From assembly GCA_022009815.1 (NCBI GenBank), contig CP091725.1, positions 1,991,972-2,055,971 of the forward strand: a stretch of DNA of 64,000 bases, given 5' to 3'. This DNA is from Bacteroidales bacterium (lineage in GTDB: Bacteria > Bacteroidota > Bacteroidia > Bacteroidales > Muribaculaceae). Positions 1 to 12,842 of the stretch are shown piece after piece. Each line of letters starts with the position of its first letter. The stretch's first letter is position 1. The notes beneath the pieces are model-generated. The model made no database searches. It saw only the letters and a program-made list of their open reading frames with translations, and had not been told where the DNA came from. The position numbers were made by a program, and so were the translations under genes.

Positions 1-622
1 TTGCGGATAATCCATGCAACGTGATGCCGAGAGCTGATCGGTGCCGTCAAAGATGATATTATCCAAAGGATCAATATAGCTGCGCATATACTCAGTTATT
101 TTTATCACGCTTTGTGCCCAAATCACGAAGAAATCCCGATAGCGCATTGGCCGACAAGCCCCTATTGCCAATCTTGTGCGACAGATAACTATCGGCAAAG
201 TCTCCTGCAACGCGACGCATCGGCGACTGAAAACGCAACCTGCAGTACACCAACGCAATAATCCGTGACCAATCCTCATGGAACACTTGCTTTAGTCGGT
301 CAATACAGTCGCTCTGCTCCGTCAGAATGTAGTCTGAGAGACCGAATTCCTTTACTTCTCCTATTTTTGGCTCAGCAATCACAGTCGACTTCCCTCCTTT
401 AAGTTCCGCAATCTCACGTTCCATTATTTCGCTTGCGCGACTCCTTAAAGCCTCCATCCTCAGTTATAGAGCCAAGATATTTGCCTGTAATCTTGCGGGC
501 GCGCTTTTTTTCTCCTTGTCATACACGCTTGAACACTCATACAACTTGTAGAGCGAATCGTTTACACGACGAAGTTCAGTTCCGGGGCGACGGAATTTTA
601 CTGCCCAATCAGGATGTGCCAT
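1..622 (-). CDS. IS-type DDE transposase, N-terminal ~205 codons (gene runs off the left edge); frame broken twice
   Basis: The ATG at 622-620 gives MAHPDWAVKFRRPGTELRRVNDSLYKLYECSSVYDKEKK. After a shift in the T7 run at 505-511 it continues as RARKITGKYLGSITEDGGFKE (listed ORF 92-457). After a second shift in the T5 run at 99-103 it continues as ITEYMRSYIDPLDNIIFDGTDQLS. This N-terminal layout matches my recollection of IS4/IS1634-like Bacteroidales transposases. Confidence 0.6.
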
Positions 623-688
623 ACTCTTTTATATTACGCTAAGACGTAATACAAAGATACAACATTGTTTTGATTCTGCCAAACTTTT

Positions 689-1087
689 TTGCTTGAAAAT
701 CAAGCATCGAGGCGAAAAAATCGCCCCGATGCCATAATATTACGCCAATTTAAGGGATTTTATAGCTTAAATAGAACTTTTGATGATGCGAAAGTTCATG
801 GAATATATCGGAGAACGGACATCTATGAAAAAACGCGTAAGTATTGGGCAATAGCAAAGTCTCGTGCAAGTCAAATAGATTATGTGTTAGGCGTATATCG
901 CGGGATTGTACGTGCTGTCCTTAAAGTCGAAGGTTATGAATGGACTTCTTATGATGCAGAAAGCAAAGTATATTTCAGCAAAGAAAGATGTTGTTTTTAT
1001 GGTGTGTTGATTGCAGATTCTCCTTACCTCAACAAGGATGTAAACGATTATCCTTTTGGAAGTGGAGGGGCAATCAGATATGTTTAA
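689..1087 (+). CDS. hypothetical protein, start uncertain
   Basis: The listed ORF has no in-frame ATG (TTG start only). An ATG at 825 followed by the A6 run at 828-833 would give MKKTRKYWAIAKSRASQIDYVLGVYRGIV... if one A is missing. I recognise no family. Confidence 0.4.
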   Translation: MLENQASRRKNRPDAIILRQFKGFYSLNRTFDDAKVHGIYRRTDIYEKTRKYWAIAKSRASQIDYVLGVYRGIVRAVLKVEGYEWTSYDAESKVYFSKERCCFYGVLIADSPYLNKDVNDYPFGSGGAIRYV

Positions 1088-1149
1088 TTTATTGTTATTC
1101 CTCAGTATATTACATTATTACAAGAAGTCCATATAAAAATCCTCCCAAA

Positions 1150-1473
1150 TCATTTTCTAAATAATTTGCTCCAAAATTTATTTTTTTGTGGCAATGATTT
1201 GTGATAATATACAATTCTTGGTTTGCCTTCAAATTCAACACGACTTTCTCTAAAATCAGAAAAGTTCACAGTCCATCTACCTCCATTAGAGTGAGCCAAT
1301 GATACTATTCCGTCTGTAATAAATGGCGTGTCTTTTAGGAAAAACACATCCCATGAAGATGGTAATTCTGAAACAATATTATTATGCACTATTCCTGCCC
1401 TAACAATAATAATGTCGCCATGGACATCATCATATCCTTCTTTAATGTCAAAAATATAATACTGCTTAATCAT
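1150..1473 (-). CDS. hypothetical small protein (107 aa)
   Basis: Intact ORF in a very AT-rich stretch. Its ATG lies 10 nt downstream of the corrected stop of the upstream WG-repeat gene, so the two look like an operon. No recognisable motif. Confidence 0.5.
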   Translation of the reverse strand: MIKQYYIFDIKEGYDDVHGDIIIVRAGIVHNNIVSELPSSWDVFFLKDTPFITDGIVSLAHSNGGRWTVNFSDFRESRVEFEGKPRIVYYHKSLPQKNKFWSKLFRK

Positions 1474-1483
1474 AATAAATCAT

Positions 1484-2487
1484 TTAATCAATATTCCAAT
1501 AAGTTTCTGGATCTCCTTCAAATACATCATCTATGTCTTGGTCACTATATTCCATTACATCTTGAGCATAAGAACCGTTATATTCGTCATAAGTAGATTC
1601 TCGATATTCCTGTAAGGAGTTAAAATTTCCATTTCTCTTTGGATTTCAGCGTCTTTTCCTTTTTGGAATCCATTTGGCATTAATTGACGATTTGTGAAAT
1701 GGAATTCAAACACTTTTTCCCCTGACTCAACACGAGTATATTGTAGGGCTTTATTGTAGAAACTCCAAATGTTGCTATAAGCAGGTTTGAGGATTTCATT
1801 TCCGTTTTCGTCAATTATACCCCATTGAGAACTTGAGTCTTGTATGCCATTGGTCGTCTTTCCTAATTTCACACGGGCAACTCCAGTATCGTATCCATCA
1901 ATATAGTTATACTTGCCAAATGGAACTATAAAATTTCCATTAAAATCAATTACTGCATATCCTTGTCCATAAGAGCGAAGCACTATGCAATTAGAAAGAA
2001 TAGGCATAGCTATATTTTCATATTCTATTGGCAAAAGGAACTCTCCATTAGCTTTGAGTAGACCATACCTTTTACGGAGATATACAGTTGGTGATGAAGT
2101 TTTACGTTCAAATCCCACCCCATAAGTTTCGCCAACACGAACTAAAGATTTGTCATTATAAAAATCATCAAGAACAAATTGGTATGATGCAGGAATCATA
2201 ATTTCGGCGTTTTTATTTACAAATCCTATTTTTGAGCCTTGAACGAATGGCAATAAATATCTACTGTCATTCTTAATATTATAGCTCAACCGATTTACTA
2301 ATATTTTTGCTCCATAATCAATTTGTTTTTTTGACTCAACTATAGAATTATGATTTAATCCACTATTAGTATTCTGTTTAATCTCGCCATTCACCGTAAG
2401 GCGGCACATCAGAGGCAGGTTGCCGTTCGGCTTCTCGCTTCTTTCTTCACGTAAAACAATACTTTGAATGTACTTTGCATAACTCAC
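1484..2487 (-). CDS. WG-repeat protein with an integrase-arm-like N-terminus; 3' end in another frame
   Basis: WG-repeat signatures are present (WGIIDENGNEILKPAYSNIW; GFVNKNAEIMIPASY). A 1-nt shift near the T3 run at 1632-1634 leads to the tail ...NGNFNSLQEYRESTYDEYNGSYAQDVMEYSDQDIDDVFEGDPETYWNID, with the stop at 1484-1486. The first ~40 aa resemble the arm-binding N-terminus of tyrosine integrases. Confidence 0.6.
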
Positions 2488-2660
2488 ACTTTTTTGGTTG
2501 CAAAATTAAGTTGCAGAGAGTTGCCGACAGATATGCAAACCTATGCAAATCGGAGAAATAGAAGCCTTTAAATCAAAACTTTCATCCGTTATGGTAGTAG
2601 TCTGGAAACTGAACTTCTGCACCGTTTGGCTTCGATATGGAATTTCGTTGGCTATGTCCA

Positions 2661-2710
2661 TATAAAAACAAAGCGTAACGAGAGAAGCGTCAGCTAATTC
2701 GTTACGCTTT
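2661..2710 (-). terminator. intrinsic terminator downstream of the AGCS symporter gene
   Basis: An 11-bp stem pairs aaagcgtaacg (2670-2680) with cgttacgcttt (2700-2710). A T5 run follows on the minus strand. Confidence 0.6.
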
Positions 2711-2764
2711 GTCCAAGTTTCCTTTTTCGCTATGTTTTTTATTCTAAGTTTTTCTGACGTGGCG

Positions 2765-4114
2765 CTATTTCCGGCTCTTGAATTTCTTGATTTCTTCTTT
2801 CACTTTGGGAGCGAGGCAGAACACGGCAAACATATTCGGGAATGCCATAACCGCAAAGGCTATGTCCATGACGCTTACAGTCAGACCGAGGGTCATCACG
2901 CTGGAAATCACAAGCGTGAGAAGGTAGAAATACAGATAGTATTTAGCGTTTTTTGAGCCAAATAGATAGGACGTGCATTTGCAGCCGTAGTATGAGTAGG
3001 AGAACATGGTCGACATGGCAAACACCAAAACCATGACGAGCAGCAGGTATTTTCCGACAACGGGGATGAGGATGTCGTATGCCTCAAGGGCTATAGAGAG
3101 TCCGGCAACGCCTTCTGTGTGGAAGTTGCCTGCCATTATGATTGGTATTGCCGTAAGGGTGCAGACGAGTCCGGAGTCGATTGCCGGTCCGAGCATCGCT
3201 ACGAGTCCCTCGCGCACGGGTTCGGCATTCATCGACGCTCCATGCATCATTCCTGCTGTGCCGACACCTGCTTCGTTGACATACATGGCGCGGCGCGCGC
3301 CGATGATGGCTGTGCCGACAATGCCGCCGATGCCTGCCTGCAGGTTGAACGCGCCGTTGAAGATGGCGGCGAATGTGGATGGCAGCAGGTCAAGGTTGGT
3401 GACTATTATGTAGAGCACCATCAGGAAGTAGCATCCCACCATTATGGGCACTATCTTTGTGGCAACATTGGCTATGCGTTTCAAGCCTCCGAGCACCACG
3501 ACCGACACGATGGCGCAGATACAGACACCGATGATGAAGCGCATGGTTGTGGAGTCGGCGATGCCGAGTAGCGGACTTATGCAGACGGTAGCCATTGCTT
3601 CGGTGAGCTGGTTGGCTTGCATCAGGGCAAAACTGCCAACCATTCCCGCCACGGAGAACACCACCGCAAGCGGTTTCATCCGTTCGCCGAGGCCTTTGGT
3701 AATCACATACATCGGTCCGCCTTGCACTTCGCCGCGGTTGTCCTTGCCCTTATACATTATGGCAAGTGTGCCCTCGAAAAATTTTGTCGCCATTCCGAGG
3801 AGTGCGCTCACCCACATCCAGAAGATGGCTCCCGGACCGCCGACAACCAGAGCTATCGCCACGCCGGCGATGTTGCCCAGTCCTACGGTCGACGAGATGG
3901 TGCTCATCAGTGCCTGGAATGAGCTTATTTGACCTTCTCCCTGTTTTTTTACGCGGAGCGAATGCAACGCAAGGCTCAGCCATCGGATTGGCAAAGCCTT
4001 GGAGTAGATGAACAGAAACAGTCCGCCGCCGATTAGCAGCACAAACAGCGGGTATCCGCATATAAAGTCGCTGAAAGCGATGATGCCATCGCGTATCTGT
4101 TGTAGAAACGTCAT
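2765..4114 (-). CDS. alanine/glycine:cation (sodium:alanine) symporter, AGCS family
   Basis: 449-aa polytopic membrane protein carrying the AGCS-type motif GGPGAIFWMWVSALLGMATKF. Confidence 0.88.
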   Translation of the reverse strand: MTFLQQIRDGIIAFSDFICGYPLFVLLIGGGLFLFIYSKALPIRWLSLALHSLRVKKQGEGQISSFQALMSTISSTVGLGNIAGVAIALVVGGPGAIFWMWVSALLGMATKFFEGTLAIMYKGKDNRGEVQGGPMYVITKGLGERMKPLAVVFSVAGMVGSFALMQANQLTEAMATVCISPLLGIADSTTMRFIIGVCICAIVSVVVLGGLKRIANVATKIVPIMVGCYFLMVLYIIVTNLDLLPSTFAAIFNGAFNLQAGIGGIVGTAIIGARRAMYVNEAGVGTAGMMHGASMNAEPVREGLVAMLGPAIDSGLVCTLTAIPIIMAGNFHTEGVAGLSIALEAYDILIPVVGKYLLLVMVLVFAMSTMFSYSYYGCKCTSYLFGSKNAKYYLYFYLLTLVISSVMTLGLTVSVMDIAFAVMAFPNMFAVFCLAPKVKEEIKKFKSRK

Positions 4115-4139
4115 TTTATAGATTGTGTATTTAGTCTGA

Positions 4140-4632
4140 TTAATAATACTCTGTCAGTTCCACCGGAATTGCTTTCCCTTTTGATGCGGCAACGTCGACG
4201 ATGCGCTGGTTGGGGCTGCCGCGGAAGCGCAGCTGCGTGTCGCGCAGAGCCTCGATGAAGCGTCCTTCGACCACCACGTCGATCCATTGCAGCGGAAGTT
4301 GCAATGCCGGGTCGGCTTGTATCTCGTCCCAAGTGAAACCCGTAAAACACCAAACGGTTTCCCAGTTCCTGCTTGATGCGCCGGCACAGTTCCGCCACCT
4401 CTTTTGGGTGGTAGAGCGGATCTCCACCCGATAGGGTCACGTTGAAGTCGTTGTAGCGAATGGTGTTGAGTAGCTCGTCGACAGAGGCCTCTCTGCCGCC
4501 GTCCATTGCCCAGGATTCCGGATTGTGGCATCCTGGGCAGCGGTGGTGGCATCCGGCAAGGTAGATTGACGTGCGGAGTCCCGGACCGTCAACGCTTGTG
4601 CCTTCAACAATATCCAATACTCTTATTCTCAT
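4140..4632 (-). CDS. nrdG: anaerobic ribonucleoside-triphosphate reductase activating protein (radical SAM), one apparent frameshift
   Basis: The N-terminus is VEGTSVDGPGLRTSIYLAGCHHRCPGCHNPESW. The C-terminal half (TVWCFTGFTWDEI...VELTEYY) lies in the listed ORF 4140-4427. The shift maps to the C3 run at 4361-4363. The gene is adjacent to nrdD. Confidence 0.9.
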
Positions 4633-4639
4633 CTGTGGT

Positions 4640-6845
4640 TTATTTGTGAACCACGCGGTCGTTAAGTTCTGCCAGTTTGGCGCTGTTCCAGCGGTCGGTG
4701 GTGCCTACGAGGTAGCCCGTGATGCGCTGCAGCTTGTCGATTTTGTGGCTGCCGCACTTAGGGCATGTGTCGAGGTTGTCGGTGGCGTCTTCATATCCGC
4801 AGTCCATACAGCGGTTGCGGTTGTGGTTGACCGATCCGTATCCGATGTTGTACTTGTCGATGAGGTCGACGATGTCGGCGATAGCCTCTGGGTTGTGAGT
4901 TGCGTCGCCGTCGATTTCCACATAGAATATGTGTCCGCCGCGAGTGAGCTCGTGGTAGGGAGCCTCCACTTCAGCCTTGTGGCGAGGGCTGCACTTGTAC
5001 CATACCGGCACGTGGTTTGAGTTGGTGTAGTACTCTTTGTCGGTCACGCCTTTGATTATGCCGAACGTCTTGCGGTCGCGCTTGGTGAATTTTCCGGAAA
5101 GGCCTTCTGCCGGAGTGGCGAGCACGCTGAAGTTGTGGTTGTAGCGTTCAGAGAACTCGTTTGCCTTGCTTCGCATGTAGCCCACAATGCGCAGACCGAG
5201 CTCCTGACTTTCCTTCGACTCTCCGTGATGTTTGCCGGTGAGTGCCACAAGGCATTCAGCCAAGCCGATGAATCCGATTCCGAGTGTGCCCTGGTTGATA
5301 ACGCTCTCTACGGTCTGGTCGGGTTTCAGCTGGTCGCCTCCGTTCCATAGTTTCGACATCAGCAGCGGGAATTGCTTGGCAAGAGCCGTTTTCTGGAAGT
5401 CGTAACGCTCGCAGAGTTGTGTGGCTGTGATTTCAAGCATATTGTCGAGCTTCTTGAAGAAGGCATCGACGCGCTCTTTTTCGTTTTGGATGCCCATACA
5501 TTCGATGGCGAGTTTCACGATGTTGATTGTGGAGAACGACAGGTTGCCGCGTCCGATAGATGTCTTTTCGCCGAAGCGGTTTTCAAACACGCGCGTGCGG
5601 CATCCCATTGTAGCCACTTCGTAGTGATAGCGTTCCGGGTCGTCGGCGCGCCATTTCTCGTGGAAGTTGAAGGTGGCGTCGAGGTTCACGAAGTTTGGGA
5701 AGAAGCGGCGTGCTGTCACTTTGCATGCCAATTTATACAGGTCGTAGTTGCGGTCTTCCTTCAGATAGTTGACGCCGCGTTTCTTTTTCCAAATCTGGAT
5801 AGGGAAGATGGCTGTGGCTCCGTTGCCCACTCCTTCGTATGTTGAGTTGAGGATTTCGCGGATAATGCAACGGCCTTCGGCACTGGTGTCGGTGCCGTAG
5901 TTTATTGAGCTGAACACCACTTGGTTGCCTCCACGAGAGTGGATGGTGTTCATGTTGTGGATGAATGCTTCCATAGCCTGGTGTACGCGGTTGACGGTCT
6001 TGTTGATGGCGTGCTGCAGCGCACGGTCCTTACCTTCGAGTCCGTCGAGCGGCTTTGATGAAGTCGTCAAGTTTTATGTCATACAGGTCGCTGAAGTCCT
6101 GACCGAAGATGGCTTCGGTGTTTTTCACTTCTTCAACAAACGATGAGCGTACGTAGGGAGCCAGATAGAAGTCGAATGCGGGGATTGCCTGTCCGCCGTG
6201 CATCTCGTTCTGAGCTGTTTCGAGGGAGATGCAGCCGATGATGCTTGCTGTCTCGATGCGTTTTGCCGGGCGCGACTCTCCGTGGCCTGCCGAGAATCCG
6301 TATTTAAGCACTTTGTCGAGCGGATGCTGCACGCAGGTGAGACTCTTTGTCGGATAGTAGTCTTTGTCGTGGATGTGCAGATAGTTGCCTTTTACGGCGT
6401 CGGCTGTCTCTGGGGAGAGGAGGTAGTCGTCGACAAACGGTTTTGTTGTCTCGCTGGCAAATTTCATCATCATACCGGCTGGCGAGTCGGCGTTCATGTT
6501 GGCGTTCTCGCGTGTGATGTCGTTCGACTTCGCCTCGATGATTTCAAGGAAAATGTCGCGTGTCTTGGCGCGGCGTGCGATGCTGCGCTGGTCGCGGTAG
6601 GCGATGTAGCGTTTTGCCACTTCCTTGCGCGAACTCTTCATCAATTCAAGCTCAACGTTGTCCTGAATTTCCTCTACGCTCATTTGCTCTTTGCCGTTCA
6701 TGCCGATGCGGTCGGTGATTTTCTGGATAAGCGATTCGTCCTCGCCCTTCTCCGTCGTAATCATCGCTTTGCGGATTGCCGCCTTGATTTTCTCTTCGTT
6801 GTAGCCCACGACTCTTCCGTCGCGTTTAATCACTGTCTGTATCAT
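4640..6845 (-). CDS. nrdD: anaerobic ribonucleoside-triphosphate reductase, one apparent frameshift near 6046-6060
   Basis: There is an ATP-cone N-terminus (MIQTVIKRDGRVVGYNEEKIKAAI). The C-terminus has a zinc ribbon (CMDCGY...CPKCGS) and a glycyl-radical tail (RITGYLV). Listed ORFs 6030-6845 and 4640-6070 abut. Confidence 0.92.
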
Positions 6846-7209
6846 ATTCTTGGGTTAATTATTTCAGTTTTGGATTGTGGGTTCAAAGGTAGATATTGTT
6901 TTTCAAATAACAAAGTAAATTTTTATTTTTGGAAACTTTTTGGCAATTGTTAATTTTTAACTTGCTTATAATGAGTGGAATAAAAATATTTTTGGGAAAC
7001 TTTGTGTCTGAATAAGGATTTTTAGGTTTGAAAAAACGGGAAAACGGGAAGTTGGAAAACTCGGTGTGATGCGCCGTTGAAGGCTGTTGGTCACCCATCT
7101 GCAGGGATGCTGTCAAGGGATGCTGTCCCGGCTGTTTTTGATGAGTTGTGTCGATTGTTTTTTTTCGGGAGTCTTGGATTTTTTGTAATTTTGCAGTCCG
7201 CAAACAAAA

Positions 7210-8253
7210 ATGATGAGAATCAAGAAAATTTTAATGGTTTTGACAGCGATGGTGTGTGTTGCCGTTCCGGGCAAGGCATTGTCGTTTGCACTTGATTCGG
7301 TGGCGGAGTGGGGTAAGTTTCCTCGTTTCTGTGTCAATACCTATCGTTGGGGCGACCGTTTCTTCAATTCCTACGATTCTGCATACGTAAAAGGTACGGG
7401 CTATAAGATGAACGTGAAATTGCGCACCAACAGTTGGATTGACGACAATCGCTTTCTGATTGACCATGACTGCAAGGTGGAGATGCGTTCGCCGTCGACC
7501 AACACTATCGGTTTCGACATAACGTATCTCGCGGTGTCGCTCGGCTATGATTTCAACATCAACAAGCTGTTTGGCGGCGTTGACCGGCGCAAGTCGAAGT
7601 TCAATTTCGATTTTACGTGTGCTCTGTTTACCGCAAGCCTTTATTCTATAAAGAATGATGTGGGGATGAACCTTAAGCGGGTGGGCGACATGAAGGGCAT
7701 CAATGAGAAGTTTTACGGTGTGCGCACGTCGTCGTGGGGCATCGAGGCGGTTTATTTCTTCAACAACAAACGCTACAGTTATGCGGCGGCGTTCTCAATC
7801 AGCAAACTGCAGCTGCGCAGCCAGGGCTCTTTCTTCGTGGGTTTCTCCTACAACAATCAGGACCTTAATTTCGATTTCGCGAAACTTCCGGATTATCTGA
7901 AGCCTCAATTGCCGGAGGAATGGCACTCGAGGGTGTTCACCGTCAAGGAGCAGACCTGTGGCGTGAAAGGCGGTTATGCCTACAACTGGGTGCCGGCGAA
8001 GCACTACAACATTGGCGTGAGCGAGGCTGTGATTCCGTCGGTGTCGAAAGGCAAGCAGTCGAGTGTCAATCCGGGGTGTTCGTTCCGGCTGTACAACCGC
8101 CTGAATCTTTCTGTCACATGGAACAACCGCCGATGGTTTGCCGGAATTGTGGGCAAGACGGATGTGGCTGTTGTGGCCGACAAGAAAACGATTCTTGCCA
8201 ACTCGCTGTTCAGTGTGGAGATGAAAGTGGGATGGCGCTTCAACCTGTGGTAG
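7210..8253 (+). CDS. putative outer-membrane beta-barrel protein (DUF4421-like)
   Basis: A signal peptide is present (MMRIKKILMVLTAMVCVAVPGKA), the sequence has alternating beta-strand character, and it ends in an aromatic residue (RFNLW). A TAatTTTG -7 box lies at 7187-7194. The family name is from memory only. Confidence 0.55.
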   Translation: MMRIKKILMVLTAMVCVAVPGKALSFALDSVAEWGKFPRFCVNTYRWGDRFFNSYDSAYVKGTGYKMNVKLRTNSWIDDNRFLIDHDCKVEMRSPSTNTIGFDITYLAVSLGYDFNINKLFGGVDRRKSKFNFDFTCALFTASLYSIKNDVGMNLKRVGDMKGINEKFYGVRTSSWGIEAVYFFNNKRYSYAAAFSISKLQLRSQGSFFVGFSYNNQDLNFDFAKLPDYLKPQLPEEWHSRVFTVKEQTCGVKGGYAYNWVPAKHYNIGVSEAVIPSVSKGKQSSVNPGCSFRLYNRLNLSVTWNNRRWFAGIVGKTDVAVVADKKTILANSLFSVEMKVGWRFNLW

Positions 8254-8300
8254 ACACACATAGGAACTGTCGGTTTTGATGCTTCAGCCGTGCCGCTTTT

Positions 8301-9415
8301 TTAGTTCCCGATATTTTGGTTTTCAGCAGATTGTTCCGGTTTGCCTTCGTGCAGCACGTAGGTGTTGTAGTATGACAGAAGCAGTGTGGTGAGCGGCAAG
8401 GCGATTATCAAGCCGAGGAATCCGAGCAGCGATCCCCAGATTGACAGCGACAGAAGGATGATTGCAGGGTTGAGCCCCATTGTCTTTCCCATGATTTTTG
8501 GCACGAGATACAGGTCTTGTATCAGCTGTACCACACCATAGACCACCATTGCCAAAGCGAAAATCACCCAGAAGCTGGAATTTGTCTCGGCGGCATAGAC
8601 CACGCACAGCAGTGTGGTGGGCAGCAGCGAGATGAGTTGCAGATACGGCACCATGTTGAGCAGTCCGATAAACATGCCCATAATGATTGCGAGCGGAAGG
8701 TCGATGATGAGGAAGCCGATGCTGAAAGCACTCCGACGCACAGCGCTACGAGCGTTTGTCCGCGGAAATAGCGGTTCATGCTGTTTTTGATGTCGCCGGC
8801 GATTTTCAACACCGTCGGTTTGTATTTTTGAGGAATCAGGCTGCGCATGCTGTTCATGAAGCGGTCGTAATCGAGCAGGATGAAGATGAAGTATAGCAGC
8901 ACGATAAACCAACTGCACACTGTCAGCAGCATTGAGATGCTTCCGCTGACCATGGTCCATGTGCCCGACAGCGATTTTTGCACTATGTCGCTCCACTGGT
9001 CCTGCGTCAGCACGGATGCGAGTGTCTTCATGTCGACATATTTCATGACAAAGTCGTGTACAGCCTGCGGAATGTAGCGGCTGCTGCTTGATGTGGCATA
9101 GTCGTTGAACAGGTTGCCCACGGTGACAATCTCGTCGATGATGCGGGGGATGAGAAACCAGCCGAGCAGGGCGATGACTCCGAAGAGTTCGACAAGAAAG
9201 AGGAATATCGGCAGCACGTTGCCGCGGCAGCGAAGCAGCCGTTTGTTGAAAGCCACGAATGGTTCGAAGATGTAGGCAAGCAGGCAGGCTACGCAGAAAG
9301 GCAGCAGCGCGCCGCTGATTGCTTTGAGCAGCCAGTAGGCGCCGATAAGCGTGGCGATGGTGATCAGGATGCGCACCACGCGGTCGAACGTGAATGGTCG
9401 TGACGTGTCAAACAT
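8301..9415 (-). CDS. AI-2E family (PerM/UPF0118) transporter, one apparent frameshift near 8727-8737
   Basis: Listed ORFs 8564-9415 and 8301-8996 join as ...QTLVALCVGV/AFSIGFLIIDLPLAIIMG... The C-terminal motif NPAIILLSLSIWGSLLGFLGLIIALPLT is typical of this family. Confidence 0.82.
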
Positions 9416-9483
9416 TGTCTTATAGTCTTTTATTGTCTTTCCAAATTACATTATAATTTGCTCTGTGGCAAATAAAACGGCAT

Positions 9484-9520
9484 AAAAAAGCACCCTTGCC
9501 GAATAATGGCAAGGGTGCTT
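9484..9520 (-). terminator. intrinsic terminator after the GH97 gene
   Basis: A perfect 12-bp stem pairs agcacccttgcc (9489-9500) with ggcaagggtgct (9508-9519). A T6 run follows on the minus strand. Confidence 0.7.
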
Positions 9521-9538
9521 GACACGGATTGTGTGTCG

Positions 9539-11717
<2,179 letters not shown>

Positions 11718-11742
11718 TTAGTCATAGGGTAATATTCCGTAT

Positions 11743-11952
11743 TTAAGCTTCAAGTTCGGCAAGGATTTTTTTCAGTTCCTCGTCGGTGGAAAGCAGTTTA
11801 GCCTTGCACACTTTCAGCAATTCAAGAGAGCGCGACGTGAGTCGCGACAAGTTGTCGATGCTGCAGGCATCGCTCTGCATCTCACGCACAATCTTCTCCA
11901 ATTCGGCAACCGCCTCAGAGTATGTCAGTTTCTGAATCTCGTCTTTCTCCAT
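11743..11952 (-). CDS. xseB: exodeoxyribonuclease VII small subunit
   Basis: 69-aa protein MEKDEIQKLTYSEAVAELEKIVREMQSD... with the typical XseB coiled-coil layout. A TAtcTTTG -7 box lies at 11969-11976 (minus strand). Confidence 0.82.
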   Translation of the reverse strand: MEKDEIQKLTYSEAVAELEKIVREMQSDACSIDNLSRLTSRSLELLKVCKAKLLSTDEELKKILAELEA

Positions 11953-11970
11953 AAATAGGTAGTTTTTGCA

Positions 11971-12266
11971 AAGATAGTGCAAGCCGAGCGGAAAGAAAAG
12001 AGCTTGCTCAATTTTCTTTTCCGAGGCGCCGCCTATTTTATTGAAAGATAGTGCAAGCCGAGCGGAAAGAAAAGAGCTTGCTCAATTTTCTTTTCCGAGG
12101 CGCCGCCTATTTTATTGAAAGATAGTGCAAGCCGAGCGGAAAGAAAAGAGCTTGCTCAATTTTCTTTCCCGAGGCGCAGCCTATTTTATTGAAAGATAGT
12201 GCAAGCCGAGCGGAAAGAAAAGAGCTTGCACAATTTTCTTTTCCGAGGCGCCGCCTATTTTATTAA
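11971..12266. repeat. tandem array of four 74-bp units, each with an internal hairpin
   Basis: Units start at 11971, 12045, 12119 and 12193, an exact 74-bp period. The unit reads aagatagtgcaagccgagcggaaagaaaagagcttgctcaattttcttttccgaggcgccgcctattttattga. The copies differ by only a few substitutions. Confidence 0.95.
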
Positions 12267-12294
12267 AAGCAGCCCAACAGTCCTTGTTGTGATG

Positions 12295-12337
12295 AGAAAA
12301 TAAAAAAATGCGGGCAGCTGATAAGGCAGTCCGCATT
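12295..12337 (-). terminator. intrinsic terminator after rpiB
   Basis: The stem pairs aatgcgg (12307-12313) with ccgcatt (12331-12337). A T7 run follows on the minus strand. Confidence 0.6.
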
Positions 12338-12361
12338 CAGATTGTTTAATAGGCGCAAATT

Positions 12362-12814
12362 TTATTTCACCGGAATCTTTTCGATGCGGCGGATATGTCG
12401 TCCGCCCTCGAAGTCAGTGTTGAGAAACGTCTTCACCATCTCGATGGCTTGCTCGTTGCTAACGAAGCGACCAGGCATTGCAAGCACATTGGCATCGTTG
12501 TGTTGGCGCGAAAGGGCAGCCACTTCAGGAATCCAGCAAAGGGCAGCACGGATGCCCTGGTGCTTGTTGAGAGTCATGCTGATGCCCTCTCCGCTGCCGC
12601 ACACGGCGATGCCGGGATAGCATTCACCCTTCTCCACAGCCTCAGCGCAAGGGTGGGCGAAGTCGGGATAGTCGCAACTGTCGGTAGAATAAGTGCCGAA
12701 ATCCTTGTAGACTATGCCTTCTGATTCGAGGTAGGCTTTTACAGCCTCCTTAGTGTCGTAGCCGGCATGGTCGCTGCATAGCGCCACTGGGCAATTTTGT
12801 TTCAAGATGCTCAT
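12362..12814 (-). CDS. rpiB: ribose-5-phosphate isomerase B
   Basis: 150-aa protein with motifs ALCSDHAGYDTK and GIAVCGSGEGISMTLNKHQGIRAAL, characteristic of RpiB/LacAB. Confidence 0.92.
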   Translation of the reverse strand: MSILKQNCPVALCSDHAGYDTKEAVKAYLESEGIVYKDFGTYSTDSCDYPDFAHPCAEAVEKGECYPGIAVCGSGEGISMTLNKHQGIRAALCWIPEVAALSRQHNDANVLAMPGRFVSNEQAIEMVKTFLNTDFEGGRHIRRIEKIPVK

Positions 12815-12842
12815 ATTTTTGTTCTGTTTATTTCGTAGTGCA

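Noticed and set aside
433-642. Listed ORF 433-642 (+).
   Set aside because: It lies opposite the transposase N-terminal coding sequence (ATG at 622, minus strand), has no recognisable product, and is most likely spurious.
6198-6953. Long ORFs antisense to clear genes (6198-6953 opposite nrdD; also 9768-10718, 10980-11642, 16778-17446, 36235-36936, 38078-39103, 42076-42954 and 61004-61963).
   Set aside because: These are typical shadow ORFs of GC-rich coding DNA. Their products are rich in R/H/V/A, they have no motifs, and each overlaps a gene with strong family signatures.
7103-7130. A short tandem duplication agggatgctgtca/agggatgctgtcc in the nrdD / 7210-gene spacer.
   Set aside because: There are only two 13-14 bp copies with no associated structure or conserved box. 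This is too little to interpret.
11971-12266. Could the regularly spaced 74-bp repeats be a CRISPR array?
   Set aside because: The units abut directly with no unique spacers, and the 74-bp period equals the repeat length. No cas genes are nearby. It is a plain tandem repeat.
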